This document shows positions 25,701 through 36,927 of a stretch of 37,409 nt of DNA, in pieces. The translations under genes were made by a program, and so were the position numbers. Below the pieces are notes generated by a model, which was not told the origin of the DNA, ran no database searches, and saw nothing but the letters and a program-made list of their open reading frames with translations. This DNA is from Catajapyx aquilonaris (Eukaryota), in the NCBI GenBank assembly GCA_000934665.2, contig KZ538989.1, positions 1-37,409 on the forward strand, given 5' to 3'. Position 1 is the stretch's first letter; every line of letters begins with the position of its first letter.

Positions 25701-27466
25701 CTGTACATTACTTTTCCGTATTGTTGCCCAATTGGCACTACTGTGAAGTTGTTTGCAGAGTCAGTTCCCTTTTACGGAACGACAGACACAAGACAGACAT
25801 GTTCTCACTTCTCACTAATCGGACCGGGGCTAACGTTACACCCTCCCCCGGCGATATGGTGCGCCGAATAGGTACCCCAGGCTGCAGGGCTAGAAAAGAG
25901 CGAGCGAAGCGAGTGGTTCTCGTAGTTATACATTCAAAATGGCCAACATGGTCATGTGACCACCAAATTAGCATAACTTTTATTTTTATGAAGAGGCCCA
26001 AGTCTAAGCAAATCCTATATAATCTTTTATTGTAACACAATTTTGAGGTCACACATAATTTCCTAAAAAGCGGCCGGGGGGGATTCAAATATCCTGTCAG
26101 GCCCTGAGGGTTAAAATTCATTACTGAAGTGTCGGAAAGTACTGAAAATTGGGGTTGATAAAAGGCTTGCAAGCACAAGAATATGAGCATAATGCCAAGA
26201 TTAATATTGGCACCACAAAAAGTCCTACATATTCTCAGAAGAAATTTGTGCAAATTGGGTAGAGCGTAGAGGAAAATATAGTGAATAAGACCAACTGGAA
26301 TTGGTTTGCGCATACTGTACGTCCTAATTTCTCACAGGTTGATTTATTTTGTCCAGAACCTCTCTGGAGCCCACTTCATGAAACAGGAAGGAAGTGACTT
26401 GATCTGTGCCAGTCCAAAATGGAATGAATGCCTAAGGGGGCAATGTAATTCCTGCATCAAACTTCCTCAACCACAAAATAAACAAATATCTGGGTGACTC
26501 ATGGTGCCAATAACTGGCACTCTGCCCTTTAACCCAGGCTTGCTGCTAGTTTAGTCACCTGGTTTTGAATGGGCAACTCTTCCTCTCTGGCAATCCATTG
26601 GAACACTTCCTGTTGGAACAGGCTTCAACACCTGTTGTCACTCGCAAGAAGTAGTATGACTTTTCTCAGAGCTTTCTTGATTCTGTCCCACATGCGTAAG
26701 CAAAGAAAGGTCTGTGCTGCATACGTTGCAATGAGATCACAAACCGAATGGATTATTATAATTATTATAAATATTGGCTTTGTACCGGCACATCCGCCTT
26801 ATACCAGCATGCTGGATATTATTCAAAATCTAAAAACCAGCATGAATATGTCACGTTCAATTGCAATATTAAGTATTTGCAATAATGTTGCAAGCCATGC
26901 CTACTCCTGGTATCTCACCTGGCAGGTACAAGAAATAAGTAGGTCCCTAGTAAAACATGCAGCTAGTGGGCCATTTACCATCCAGCACCGTGGAGCACCC
27001 AAGAACAAAGGAGGAGCCCCGAAATGGAGGCCTGGCCGTACAGAGAGGCACCCGAAATCTGGCCCGAAAATGATCCAACAGTGGCGGGCATGACGGGCGA
27101 TGGCCTCCGCATTGTGCGCGAGGGGATCGGAAGGTGGAGGGTGGGAGGGAGAGAGAGAGAGAGAGAGCCATATATACTGACAGTGCGAATGATGTATCGA
27201 TCCTGCTCCATGTCGGCGCCACCTTGGTTGCGGGCCTCCTTCTTGTTGCCTCCCGCGGTCTTGGACGGTCCTGAAGAAGGACCACCACTGCCCGTCGCTC
27301 CTCCTCCTCCTTCCTCCGGCTGATGCGGGAGGGGTGGGTGTCCTCCCCCTCCTCCTTTATTGTTTTGGTGCGTGGACGCCCTGGCGTCGTCGCCGTCGTT
27401 GGCATCGGGAGGAGTGGCGGATGGGCCGACGCTGCCAGCCACGGGCAAGGCGGACGACGACGCCAT
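13468..27466 (-). CDS. Kdm2: Lysine demethylase 2 (KDM2/JHDM1/FBXL10-11 family): JmjC, CXXC, PHD, F-box, LRR; exons 27466-27182, 23947-23677, 23570-22927, 21772-20522, 20032-19805, 15147-13858, 13782-13468 (about 1427 aa)
   Basis: JmjC with intact Fe ligands ([10 protein letters not shown] ... GWIHAVYTP); CXXC finger (CKKCEAC...[24 protein letters not shown]); PHD (MECSVC..IIHASC..WECPKC); F-box ([13 protein letters not shown]); LRRs. All introns GT-AG with matching phases. Confidence 0.95.
13858..15147 (-). CDS. Kdm2: Kdm2 exon 6, His-rich and acidic linker, F-box and LRRs
   Basis: TTACAG acceptor at 15148, AAG|GTCTGT donor; F-box and conserved '[11 protein letters not shown]' LRR region. 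Confidence 0.93.
15467..15520 (-). CDS. Kdm2: Candidate alternative first exon of a short Kdm2 isoform ([18 protein letters not shown])
   Basis: ATG preceded by an in-frame TAA, 18 codons, GTGAGT donor in phase 0, compatible with the exon starting at 15147. Confidence 0.4.
19805..20032 (-). CDS. Kdm2: Kdm2 exon 5, basic low-complexity linker
   Basis: TTTTCCAG acceptor, AAG|GTAAGC donor, phase 0-0, open frame with NLS-like LKRK/KKPK. Confidence 0.8.
20522..21772 (-). CDS. Kdm2: Kdm2 exon 4, JHD helical region, CXXC and PHD fingers
   Basis: TTTTTAG acceptor, [16 protein letters not shown]..., GAG|GTCAGT donor. Confidence 0.95.
22927..23570 (-). CDS. Kdm2: Kdm2 exon 3, JmjC domain
   Basis: [11 protein letters not shown]...FHIDFGG...WIHAVYTP...VEDVTH; GTGAGT donor. 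Confidence 0.97.
23677..23947 (-). CDS. Kdm2: Kdm2 exon 2 ([13 protein letters not shown]...VNDVRMCV)
   Basis: TTTGCAG acceptor, G|GTTAGT donor; conserved KDM2 N-terminal region. Confidence 0.93.
25330..25514 (-). mobile_element. tRNA-derived SINE, near full-length copy
   Basis: Minus strand has a Pol III A box (TGGTGAAGTGG), an anticodon-like arm (TTCGA-CTGCTAA-TCGGG) and a B box (GGTTCGAGCCC), followed by a body shared with the copy at 11528-11670. Confidence 0.85.
27149..27167. repeat. (GA)n tract just inside Kdm2 intron 1
   Basis: Read directly from the sequence. Confidence 0.85.
27182..27466 (-). CDS. Kdm2: Kdm2 putative first coding exon (MASSSALPV...[11 protein letters not shown])
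   Basis: ATG in GC-rich context, 95 codons, ACT|GTCAGT phase-0 donor joining RDRKERKRY. Low-complexity sequence, so support is structural rather than from homology. Confidence 0.65.
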
Positions 27467-29829
27467 CCCTCCTCTCTTCTTCCTCCTCCTGACCTACCGC
27501 ACGTACGGGGGGTATGGATGGAGGGAGGCGCACCTCCCGAGGCCTTTTCTTTCCCTCTCCCCCCGGGTTTCGGGTCTTCTTCCTTTGTCCCTCACCCCCC
27601 CGCACTACCTGGACCCTTTGTGCCAATCTCTGCCGCACCGCACTCCCTCCCTCCCTAATTCCCTTCACTAGCTCACTTCCTCGGGGGCAGCCTACCTGCT
27701 CCGCGCCAGCCCCGAGCCCTTGTCCGAGCCTCCGACCAACTTGGCGATCCCTCCGCCCTGCCCACACCGGCGCTGTCTTCCCCTCTCCCCACTCCCACTC
27801 CCTCCTCCGCAGCCACACACTGCGCAAGCTCCCTCCCTGCATCCTCCCGCCATCTATCCGACAATCACCAGCAACCATCCTCCCCTTGCAGTATCCCGCG
27901 GCGACCTTCAACACCACTTTTCGATAGTCCAGGTCTGAGCTCTGAGGTGGTGTATGTATGGGGACAGCTTCATATATGCTGCAGCCACGTGGACAGTCCG
28001 CATGCTGCCAGCGATCACCGGAAACAAGCATGATACTGGGCATCGATGATAGCAGCAGTGAAATACCCATGTAACGATGTGGAAGCTTCATCGAAATACC
28101 CATGTTATTATTTACAGACGTGATATAAGTGGCAATATATCAAATGTATTGATAGTCGATGGCAACAAAAACCACAATCTACCATTGTGGCGCACAGCCG
28201 CATCATAATTCAACTGAAATAGGACTGCAGTTCTATATGACAGGACTTCCAACCAGGCTTCCAACTGCAGCATATAGTCGTCATTTATTATATTGCGATT
28301 GCGCGGTTATGAGGAAATTGGAGGAACGGAGTGCTTCCTAGTGAGTCTTGCATTGTGTACAGCACAATCTTCCTTGCAAGGCATTAGAAAACTATAGTAC
28401 GTCGTATCTGCTAATTGGACCTCCCATCATTTGGCATTTTCATTGCGGGCAAAAGGATGTAAATTGAAATGGCAGTAGTATGAGTTGTCCTTGACTGCGT
28501 TTACACCACTGTACACTATTGAAATGCTTCAGAGGACATTTCCATTGAATTATTCCCTCACGCCACACTTCCGAAGGATTAAGAACTTACATTCACTTTA
28601 CGAAGGATAATAAAGTAATTTTCAGCATTGAATGAAACAATTTCAGGTGACTTTATGACCTACTGTCGTAGAACCTTCACTCCAGAGATCATACCGGTAC
28701 TTTGAATATAATTACGAGAAAAGCACAAAACATGATTCATATATACACTTTGCTGCATCTGACGCTCCAGAAGTACACTTGCGCACATACTTCACATTCA
28801 TGAAAGTATATAACTGAAAGTGATACGAGATGAATCATGTTCAAGTTTATTGTTCACCCTGCATCTATAACAATGCTATCGCAACGACCACAAGACATAA
28901 AACTGAATCTAGTTGACTTTTCATGAATATATGTAACTGAAACACATAAGCAAAAATATTATTGTAATTAAGATAAGCAATTCCACGAGTCCGTGACATA
29001 ATGATCACAGAACAAAATGGCACAATTCGGAATGTGCCATGCGTTGGAAGCTTTTGCGAAAAGTACACACAGACACAGACACAGACACACAAACGTGCGC
29101 ACAACCGCGATCACGAACCATGCCATCCCACATCCTCCGCATGCCAACTTCCACCCTGTCCATTCATATAGTTTTCACCTGTTTGGCTCATTGATGACAT
29201 ACACCCATGGTCAGTTCTTTGAGTCTCTCCCCAAGGTTACATCATGGGTGTTAACCGACGATGGAGGGCCAGATTATGCCTATTTCACATGTGTACACTT
29301 GCAGGGTATTTACCTGTCATTGCCAGTTTTTTTGGTTACCAAACAGCTAGGTAGAAACTAAAGTTTTACACCCAATTAGGAAACGCACGAACTAATGATA
29401 AGAGCTATTCAACCATAAACTGGCGCAAACCTGCTGAACATTTCCGGGCCAATTAGTAGGCTGTCAGTATTGTGCCAGCCCCAGTTTTATGAGGACGTTT
29501 GTGATGAAGTGCCTGGCTGACCAGTGTGCAATATTCCAGGAGAGGACCACCGGACCCCCTGCACAACTTCTGTCCTTGGAGCCTGCCAAGTGTTGAATCC
29601 GCAAGTTTATCACATGTACAGGTAGGTTCTCACCCTCCCCACAGCCTGCCTGCTACCCCCAATCCCATCTTCTTCTTTTCCTCCAACAGCTGGCGAGCCT
29701 GCTGCCCATTCAGTTCACCTCATAGAGGCGCCTAGCCGAGTTCACAATAGAGCGGCTGGGCTGGGAGGCTAGATCGCCACCAGTCTAGCTAGATACCTCA
29801 CTCCGGGAGCCTGCATCACGGGTCTCGGC

Positions 29830-29841
29830 ATGGCAGAGGCG
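29830..29841 (+). CDS. Orai: Candidate Orai start micro-CDS (MAEA)
   Basis: GGC ATG G Kozak-like context followed by GCG|GTAAGT, a perfect donor in phase 0. Confidence 0.5.
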
Positions 29842-32800
29842 GTAAGTTCCTGTCGATATGTTGTGCTAACTAATGTGGAAAGAAGTAGTATGAAACGCAT
29901 GTTCACTAACCGTACCATGTGGGAAATTCACGTACGCGCGCTTCATGGGAAAATACACCACGCTTAATTAGTGTTTAGTAGGGGGCTCTATCGCCGCGGG
30001 TTGCACCACTTCGGGTGTCAGTGTTGCCTTGACCGCTATCTTTAGAGTAGAACGGTACGCCGTACGAGTGAGTTCGTCGTTCAGGTCACAAGCAAGGCGC
30101 CAGGTAGTGATAGGCTAATTAGGTGTGTACAAATATACGCTAATGGAGCCAATCGCCCGATCATGTCTCGGTGGGTGCGGGGTCATGCTTGCTGCTTTGG
30201 ACGCATATTCGGAGTCGGGATCTGCACACAATCACCACGGACCTGCTGGCTTATGGACGACCGATATGTGCTTAATATGCAGCATATATTATCAGCGGGT
30301 GCGTTGCCTTCCACTAAATGGTTGCTGCTCCTTTTTGGGGGAGCGTTCATTATCATCAGCGTTAACTAATGTTATTGGAAAAAGGTTACCCGCCTTCGGG
30401 TGACTTGAGGCATTGTCTGGCCTGGTGCCAGCAACATCCTGTGGGCCGTGATAAGGGCATTCTTTCAAGCATTCCCATTTCGGTATGCACAGTGCACAGT
30501 GATTGGAAACACCCGCTCTGTATCCACCTGATCCCCCTCACCCCCGCACCCAGTTATGATCGCTCTTGTGTTGATGCATGAAGTACGGTGGATGTACAAA
30601 TCTAATGTTGAGGAGTTGGCCTCAGGTGGATCACCGCTCGGATGATCACCACCGCTTAGGGACCATCGGAGAAAGGGAAGCTCGGTCGGGAAGGAGGGCG
30701 CTCCAGCTCCTCCCGTGTGGGCACAACCACCAGGAGCACCACCAGCGTCGACAGAGGCAGCAGATCAGGAGGGAGGCCAGTGTTCCGGCCTATCTGAACG
30801 GGCTGCTGTGGAGCAGCGTGACGACGGCGTGCGACCCCTGCTCCCCGGGGCCGCCCCTGGATCCGCCCTCGTCCTCCTCCACCGGCTCCACCGCCTCCTC
30901 CTCGTCCCCTCAGAACCGCTTCTCCTGGAGGGGTTCCTCCTCGTCCATGTTCCCAACGGCGTCGACGACCTCGGTAGCGTCTTCGTCCACCCTCACACCT
31001 TACCACCACCATCCAGGCTCTTTCTCGTCCTCCACCCGCTCCTTGATCCCCTCCCGGCCCAGCTCCTCCAGGCGGATGCAGCAGCTGCAGAGGATGGCAT
31101 CGGCAGCCTCCCTCAACAACCACAGCGTCTACATGGGTGGCGCCTCCTCCACTGGGTCCTCGACGCCCTACACGCCGCCGCCACCGCCAGCAGAGAACGT
31201 GAGCCATCACCCAGTGTCCCTATTTCTGCATGCTTCTTCTTCCTTCTCCCTGCCGCATCTTGCACTGCGTGGGTACCGCCCTGCCTCGTATGTACACCGT
31301 GCATGGTTTGTCTGAAACTCCTTGCTTGGGATGGACCACTATCACCATTCCCGCCATGTCCCTCCCTCGTCCTGCTTCTGCACTTCTGCCGGGAGACGTC
31401 GCCTGCGTCGCCTCCCCCTCCCTCATTCCCTCCCTGGTGTGCTATTCCCCCCCATCCGCCTTCCCCCTCCTCCTCCAGCCTCCTCCGACTAATGGCGGAC
31501 GGTCCGTCCTGTTAGGCGACTGTTGCTGTCCCCTTGGAGCCTGACCGCCTCTGCTGCTGTACTCACCCCGACCAGCCCGACTCATATTAGAAACACTAGA
31601 TCAGAGCGGTGCGGGGTCAGGTCTAGGGCCTAGTAGGGTCAGCCAGTCAGCAGGGGAGGAAGGAGAGAGAGGGAGAGAGAGAGAGAGAGGCCTGTGTTGA
31701 TATTATAGGTAGGGTGAGTAGTGTGAAGGAGAGGGCAGAGGGGCAGGGGACGGGCCGACGGCGGGCAGGCAGGCAGTTGGAGGATGCTGTGTGGCCCCGG
31801 GGTGGCTGGTTCACGACGGACTCGGCTGGACATCGACATCGACCTGGATGACCTGGACGGCAACGAGGTGCAGAGCGGGAGACCCACTCTCATCATTGCA
31901 CACACATGCACATTACTCACACAAGGGAAAGGGAGGGGGGCAGGGGATATACACATGGTGGTGGGGGCACTTCTCTGTACTTGTTTGATTGCCATGCTGG
32001 ACCTTTCAGGCTGTGATGCAGCGAAATTTTCAGTCCTTCACTAGCTTAATTAGTACTTAACCGCACTTGCATCCACTTGATGCAGGTAGAAAGTTGCATC
32101 TTCAAACTTACCTTCATGTGATCTGACATTCACAGCTCCATTCATCAAGGGTGATTTGAATAATTTCAGTTCCTGAGGGATAAATTGCATTGGTAACTTG
32201 AGTACCCATTTGCTGCCGTTTCATCCATGTGTTACTTTTAAATGCATTATGTTACAAAGTGTTCTGACTGCAACGCAAATGCTCACAATTTTAATTACGG
32301 GAGGTAGTGACTCGTGGGAACACCTACTCCCACGACAGTAAGCTAGTAAATATTCCAAATAGCACTACAACCCAAAGCAGAGGTACTAGGCCTGCTATTC
32401 CCAGCTGTTGCCTACTGTCCAGCGCCTGTGTTGTGAAGCTAGTATGTACCACAGCCAGGGGAAAAAACCAATGTTAAGAACAAAGTAGGATTCAGGCTAT
32501 GATGTGGGTGGCAGATTTATGATGAAATGTCTGATGAAACACTGCTCATCACAATGTAAATAAACTAAAAATATACACAGTACTCCCGATTATCTGGGTG
32601 CGGATTATCCGTGTTTCTGATTACGAAAACAAATAAAGGGCCGAAAAATGTCAATTAATTTTTGCAAACAAAGGCATATGACACATTTTCCAGAAGACAA
32701 ACTAAAAATCTATGGAAAATTGTCTAATCTTGATTAAATCTTATTTATAGCATAATACAGTATGTACAGTTGTTAATTTAAAACATGGGAATAGCTCATT

Positions 32801-35800
32801 TTATGGTGTGTAGGACCATTTTCCGATTATCCTGCGACATCCATGCAGCCATTAGCCCGGATAATCAGGAGTACAGTGTACAACCTTCATGTTGCATTTC
32901 CTTTGATGAATCTATTGACAATGACCTTAGTAAGTTAATATGCATTGGCACACGTGCCCCTCTGGGGGGCTACATGGACTGTATAATTATGGAAAATAAA
33001 TTCCAGCCGCTGTATCTGTTGAATGATTACAGCAAATGGGTACTTAGGGCCGTTTTCTCGAACAGTGGTTCAAATGTAAACCGGGTTCAAAGCCAGTTTA
33101 ATCCCTGATTTGATTGTTGTTAGGCTGTTGTCAAGGGTTTAAACTGGCTTTGAACTGGGTTTACATTTGAACCACTGTTCGAGAAAACGGCCCTTAGCAA
33201 TTTTTCAACAAGAAAATGCCCCAAATGTTATCTGGAGTCATCCAGATTTTATCAGTGTATTGGATATGAATATTGATCACCAAAATTCATTTGTCAACAA
33301 TAGCACGAATCACATTGTGAAACATCAAGCAGATAGCAGATCACCCTACTATGATGTCAGGAGTTGTCATTGTCACCAACTTCTTCATATAACTGCATTA
33401 CCTTGAGAAGTGTTTGTCGAACAGCATGTACAGACATCATCTGGGCCTATTTGTAAGACCATCTTTTACTCTTTACTCTGACATTTTGCCATGGTTGCAT
33501 AATTCCACATTTTAAAAGAAATTCACAGGAGGAGGAACAAGTGCTAAGCATGGCGCTAGTATAGTGTATATTTGCATGCAACAGCAGAGGTGAATCAATC
33601 AGGTCATTAATTTATTGGGGGTGTTCATACGTATGAACAGCAGGTACAGTCCCTCTCATAAAGAATGGTACGACTCTATGGACGACATGTTTATTCTGAC
33701 TATCCAGCATTATTCCCAACCGGATTTCGTGGCAGCACTATGGACAACTTGACCTAGATCTCTGGCGACCCATGTGACCCCCTCCCAACTTTTTCCAAAA
33801 AATTTTGTTACCAAAATGTTCAACCTGGTACAATGCTTGCATAGATTTGAGATGAATTTCCCCCCTTAAATTTTCTTACTTTGCCTTGTTTTTTTCTTCT
33901 CTTTATTATTATTATTTGAATTGCCTTTTCCCAGCCTTCCTCATGACCCCTAAAAACATGCTGGTGACCCAGGGTTTGGGAACAGAATAAACATTTTGTC
34001 CATAGAGTCATACCATTCTTTATGAGCAGTACTATAAGTTAAAAACGGTGGTGCACTTTTGTGCCACATGGACAGGCTGTGAGGAGATATTTAATATTTA
34101 AACTCTGGTACATGGGCAGTATCTTGTACAGTGTTGGACATTAATTGCGTCATACTGCTAGCGACATTTTCTGAAGCAGCAGAAGAACTAATTGAAGCCA
34201 TGGATAGTGCAAGCCGTGCAAGCAAGATTCGTTCTTCTGCCGCTTCGGAAAATGTCGCTAGCAATATGACACGATTAATGTGCAACACTGTACCGTTAGA
34301 CGTAGGGGAATATTCAGGCAAATGCAATCTCGTCATGAGCAAATGACACACTGGATAGAATAGAGTCTGTACTGATCCAATTAGGTGGATTTGTGATGTA
34401 CTGCTGCTTGTCCCTTCCTATGTAGCAGGGATGCATCATTGGAATGGGCTGTCCAAAAGGATCTATTAATGTAATCAGCTAATCTCGTTCATAGTCTATA
34501 AAAGTACAGTCAGTCCCAAAATGCTTAAAAATAAGCAAAGTAGTGCCAAAAAATTGCTAGCCCCTATGGACATTTAAATAGGAACAGTTGCTTGGTTGCT
34601 AATTTACTGTAAACTGCAGGTTTGGGGTGAGATATTTACTTATTAAGCAAGTAATAGATGCATTAATCAATGGAGAGTAAACATTTCAGTTCTGAAAGGG
34701 TCCACCAGCAGGCCAGGGACCATAGAAATCAGTGTCCTGTAACAGAGATCTTTTATATCCAAATACACAGGCCATATATGGAAGTATGTCGGGACCAGCC
34801 TTTTGAGTTGACTGTAAGCGAGGGTTGCTTACATCTGAGGCGCTTATATCTGGCGTGAACTCCTGCTTGCATCTCTCGACATAATTATATCGTAGCATTC
34901 TGGACTCATGGAAGGCGCTTGACATTTTTCATCTCCTGATTTCAATTTGGCAGGTAGTATACTTCAGGATGACAAAAAAAGTGCCCTTAGCTTGGAATTT
35001 TATGTGCTGTCATAATGTAGAAACTATCAAATGTGGGTTTATCAGAGAAAGTGGCAGTTTCATTTTTTTGAGATTGTTAAGGTACTAAAATGAGTTCATG
35101 GTCACATAAGAACATTTTCAGACGTAAATGGGGTGCTTATTGTACAGCTTTTGTCAGTGAGTCTGCTGCATGCAAATATGGTAAAGTGGAAAATACATAC
35201 GATTTTCTGCACATTGTGAACTTTACCCATTCTGAAACTTATGCAGCCTTGGCACAAGATGTAAATGTATCGAGGGTTATGAATATTGCATAATGCCTTT
35301 CGAATAATCCATTTCCTTCTATCCTTTCTTCCCTTCTATCACATTTCATCTGTTACTGAATTCCTATTTTCTTGTCAGCGGGCAAATTTGTTCTTGGATG
35401 CAAACAAACAGGAACTGGCTGGGATGCTTTTATTTCGACTGTTTAGAGTTTGGACTCATCTGGCCACAATCTATTTGTTCGAGTGGTTAAGCTACCAAAT
35501 TTATAGTTTTTGGGCGGGCGGCACAAATTGATCATGTTATTCTGTTTCTGTTTGTTTGTGCCCATTGTCTTGATTTCAGCAGTGTTTTAGCAATGGCATT
35601 AATTGCAAAGGGGGAGGGGACTGGACTAATCTTCCATTTCTTTCACATGCAGTCTGTCCTTTTCTTCTCTGTTCTGTTGAGTTGTAGTGTAGGGTGTGAC
35701 TGGGCAGGTGGTGGGTTGCTGTTCTTTCAAACCAAAACACCTAGTCTTGTTCCTCCAGAACTCAGCTCTGTGAAGTCGCCGCCAATAAGTCTCCATCTTT

Positions 35801-36723
35801 TTTTGCTTGCTGTGGGGCCAAACCCTGTGCCAACAACACACAAAGTAGCCCACCCCTTCTGCCACGCTCCCTGCCCTGCCACAAAAATTATAAAGTTGTG
35901 ACAAACAAGTCATAAAGAGGGGGAGATGGACCTGAGGAGCGGATGCATGTGTGGGATGCAGGTAAATTCAAGTTAGGGTCCTTTGAGAGATGCACGAGAA
36001 TGATAGACACTCCTATGCCCCATAGGAATGAAGTTTGGGTAGAGATTGCAATCCATCCATCCATCCCTCTTCCCAATCGCAGCACACCAACTCCATTGCT
36101 GAGTGGCAACTAACTTTTAACTCTCTCTCTCTTTCTCATGTTCTCTCTGCGTCAAAAAAATTCATTCAGGAGCAGAGCAATGTTCCCCTATTATGCGGTG
36201 AGTACGAGTGTGTTGTGTTGCGCCATTATCCTTCTTACACATAATTATTGGTTGTAACAATGCACATTGTGTGTCTCCTCCTTGACCTACGTGCATGTGC
36301 TCTGCATGTGCTCTTGTGCAAGCTAGTACGTCACAAGTTGGGAGGTTATTGCTTGGCTTGGGACCATTTTGCATACAAAGGGGTTTCTTAACCCTAGACC
36401 ACACCATACCATCACCCAAATTTCTCCTCAGAAGTCAGCTTGATTTTTGTCCGTCAAGTATGGTCCACGTCTCTGTGCCTCAACTCATCCTAATATCCCA
36501 TCGTCATCCTAGACATCCTCTTCCAATCTCACCTCACGTTGCATCCCCCCCAAAACCTGCTGTAAGTGACGACTTGTCTTCACACTCCAATTGCTCATCC
36601 CAACAACAGGCCCACGACAACCCGGGCAGCCCATCTTTTCTGGCATGGCGGAAACTACACCTAAGCCGTGCCAAGCTAAAGGCCATCAACAAGACATCCG
36701 CACTGATGTCTGGATTTGCAATG
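29830..36723 (+). CDS. Orai: Orai (CRAC calcium channel pore subunit), 5' part; probable exons 29830-29841, 30626-31198, 36610-36723; gene continues right of the window
   Basis: The exon at 36610-36723 encodes the Orai ETON/TM1 signature [26 protein letters not shown]. Upstream Ser/Pro/His-rich exons are phase-compatible, but their linkage is inferred. Confidence 0.75.
30626..31198 (+). CDS. Orai: Probable Orai N-terminal low-complexity exon (VDHRSDDHH...[10 protein letters not shown])
   Basis: GC3-rich open frame, CTAAT...CCTCAG acceptor, AAC|GTGAGC phase-0 donor followed by pyrimidine-rich intronic sequence. A Ser/Pro-rich tail is typical of Orai N-termini. Confidence 0.6.
31663..31689. 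repeat. Interrupted (GA)n tract upstream of the candidate alternative Orai first exon
   Basis: Read directly from the sequence. Confidence 0.85.
31784..31867 (+). CDS. Orai: Candidate alternative Orai first exon ([28 protein letters not shown])
   Basis: Coding-like GC3 codon usage, GAG|GTGCAG phase-0 donor, GA-repeat tract just upstream. Confidence 0.4.
32576..32878. mobile_element. pogo/Tigger-like MITE
   Basis: Imperfect TIRs CACAGTACTCCCGATTATCTGGG / CCCGGATAATCAGGAGTACAGTG, TA flanks, repeated subterminal GATTATCC motifs, AT-rich interior. Confidence 0.7.
33047..33193. mobile_element. PIF/Harbinger (Tourist-like) MITE
   Basis: Long terminal inverted repeats GGGCCGTTTTCTCGAACAGTGGTTCAAATGTAAACC.../...GGTTTACATTTGAACCACTGTTCGAGAAAACGGCCC, flanked on both sides by TTA (3-bp TSD). 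Confidence 0.85.
34129..34290. mobile_element. Tc1/mariner-type MITE
   Basis: About 60-bp imperfect inverted arms starting CAGTGTTG and ending CAACACTG, flanked by TA on both sides. Confidence 0.8.
36610..36723 (+). CDS. Orai: Orai exon, ETON region and first part of TM1 ([38 protein letters not shown])
   Basis: Unmistakable Orai motif; ATG|GTCAGT donor. The CAACAG acceptor at 36609 is the best candidate, but the frame is open further upstream. Confidence 0.92.
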
Positions 36724-36899
36724 GTCAGTATTTTACAAGTGAAAGGGTCAAGTTGCGATAACCTCTTTCTTAGTCCAGATCACATTCAGGCCTAACAGTA
36801 ATTAGGTTAATGTGGGCCCTGCCAACAAAAGCGGTTGAGCATTTTGGATTTTGGAACAAGTATTGCCAAACTTCCCCATTACACTGACTTTATTTACCA

Positions 36900-36927
36900 C
36901 TAGCAGGTTACCCGGCGTTGCCCGGGT
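36900..36927 (-). mobile_element. Helitron 3' terminus (hairpin + CTAG)
   Basis: Reverse complement ACCCGGGCAACGCCGGGT-AACCTG-CTAG|T, almost identical to 4418-4445. Confidence 0.7.

Noticed and set aside
26947..28103. Several long overlapping ORFs on both strands
   Set aside because: GC-rich low-complexity promoter/5' region where stops are rare; only 27466-27182 has splice support.
30656..31544. Antisense and alternate-frame ORFs up to 266 aa
   Set aside because: Shadows of a GC-rich exon with no recognisable domain.
34091..34351. Mirror-image ORFs on both strands with similar peptides
   Set aside because: Artefact of the MITE inverted repeat.
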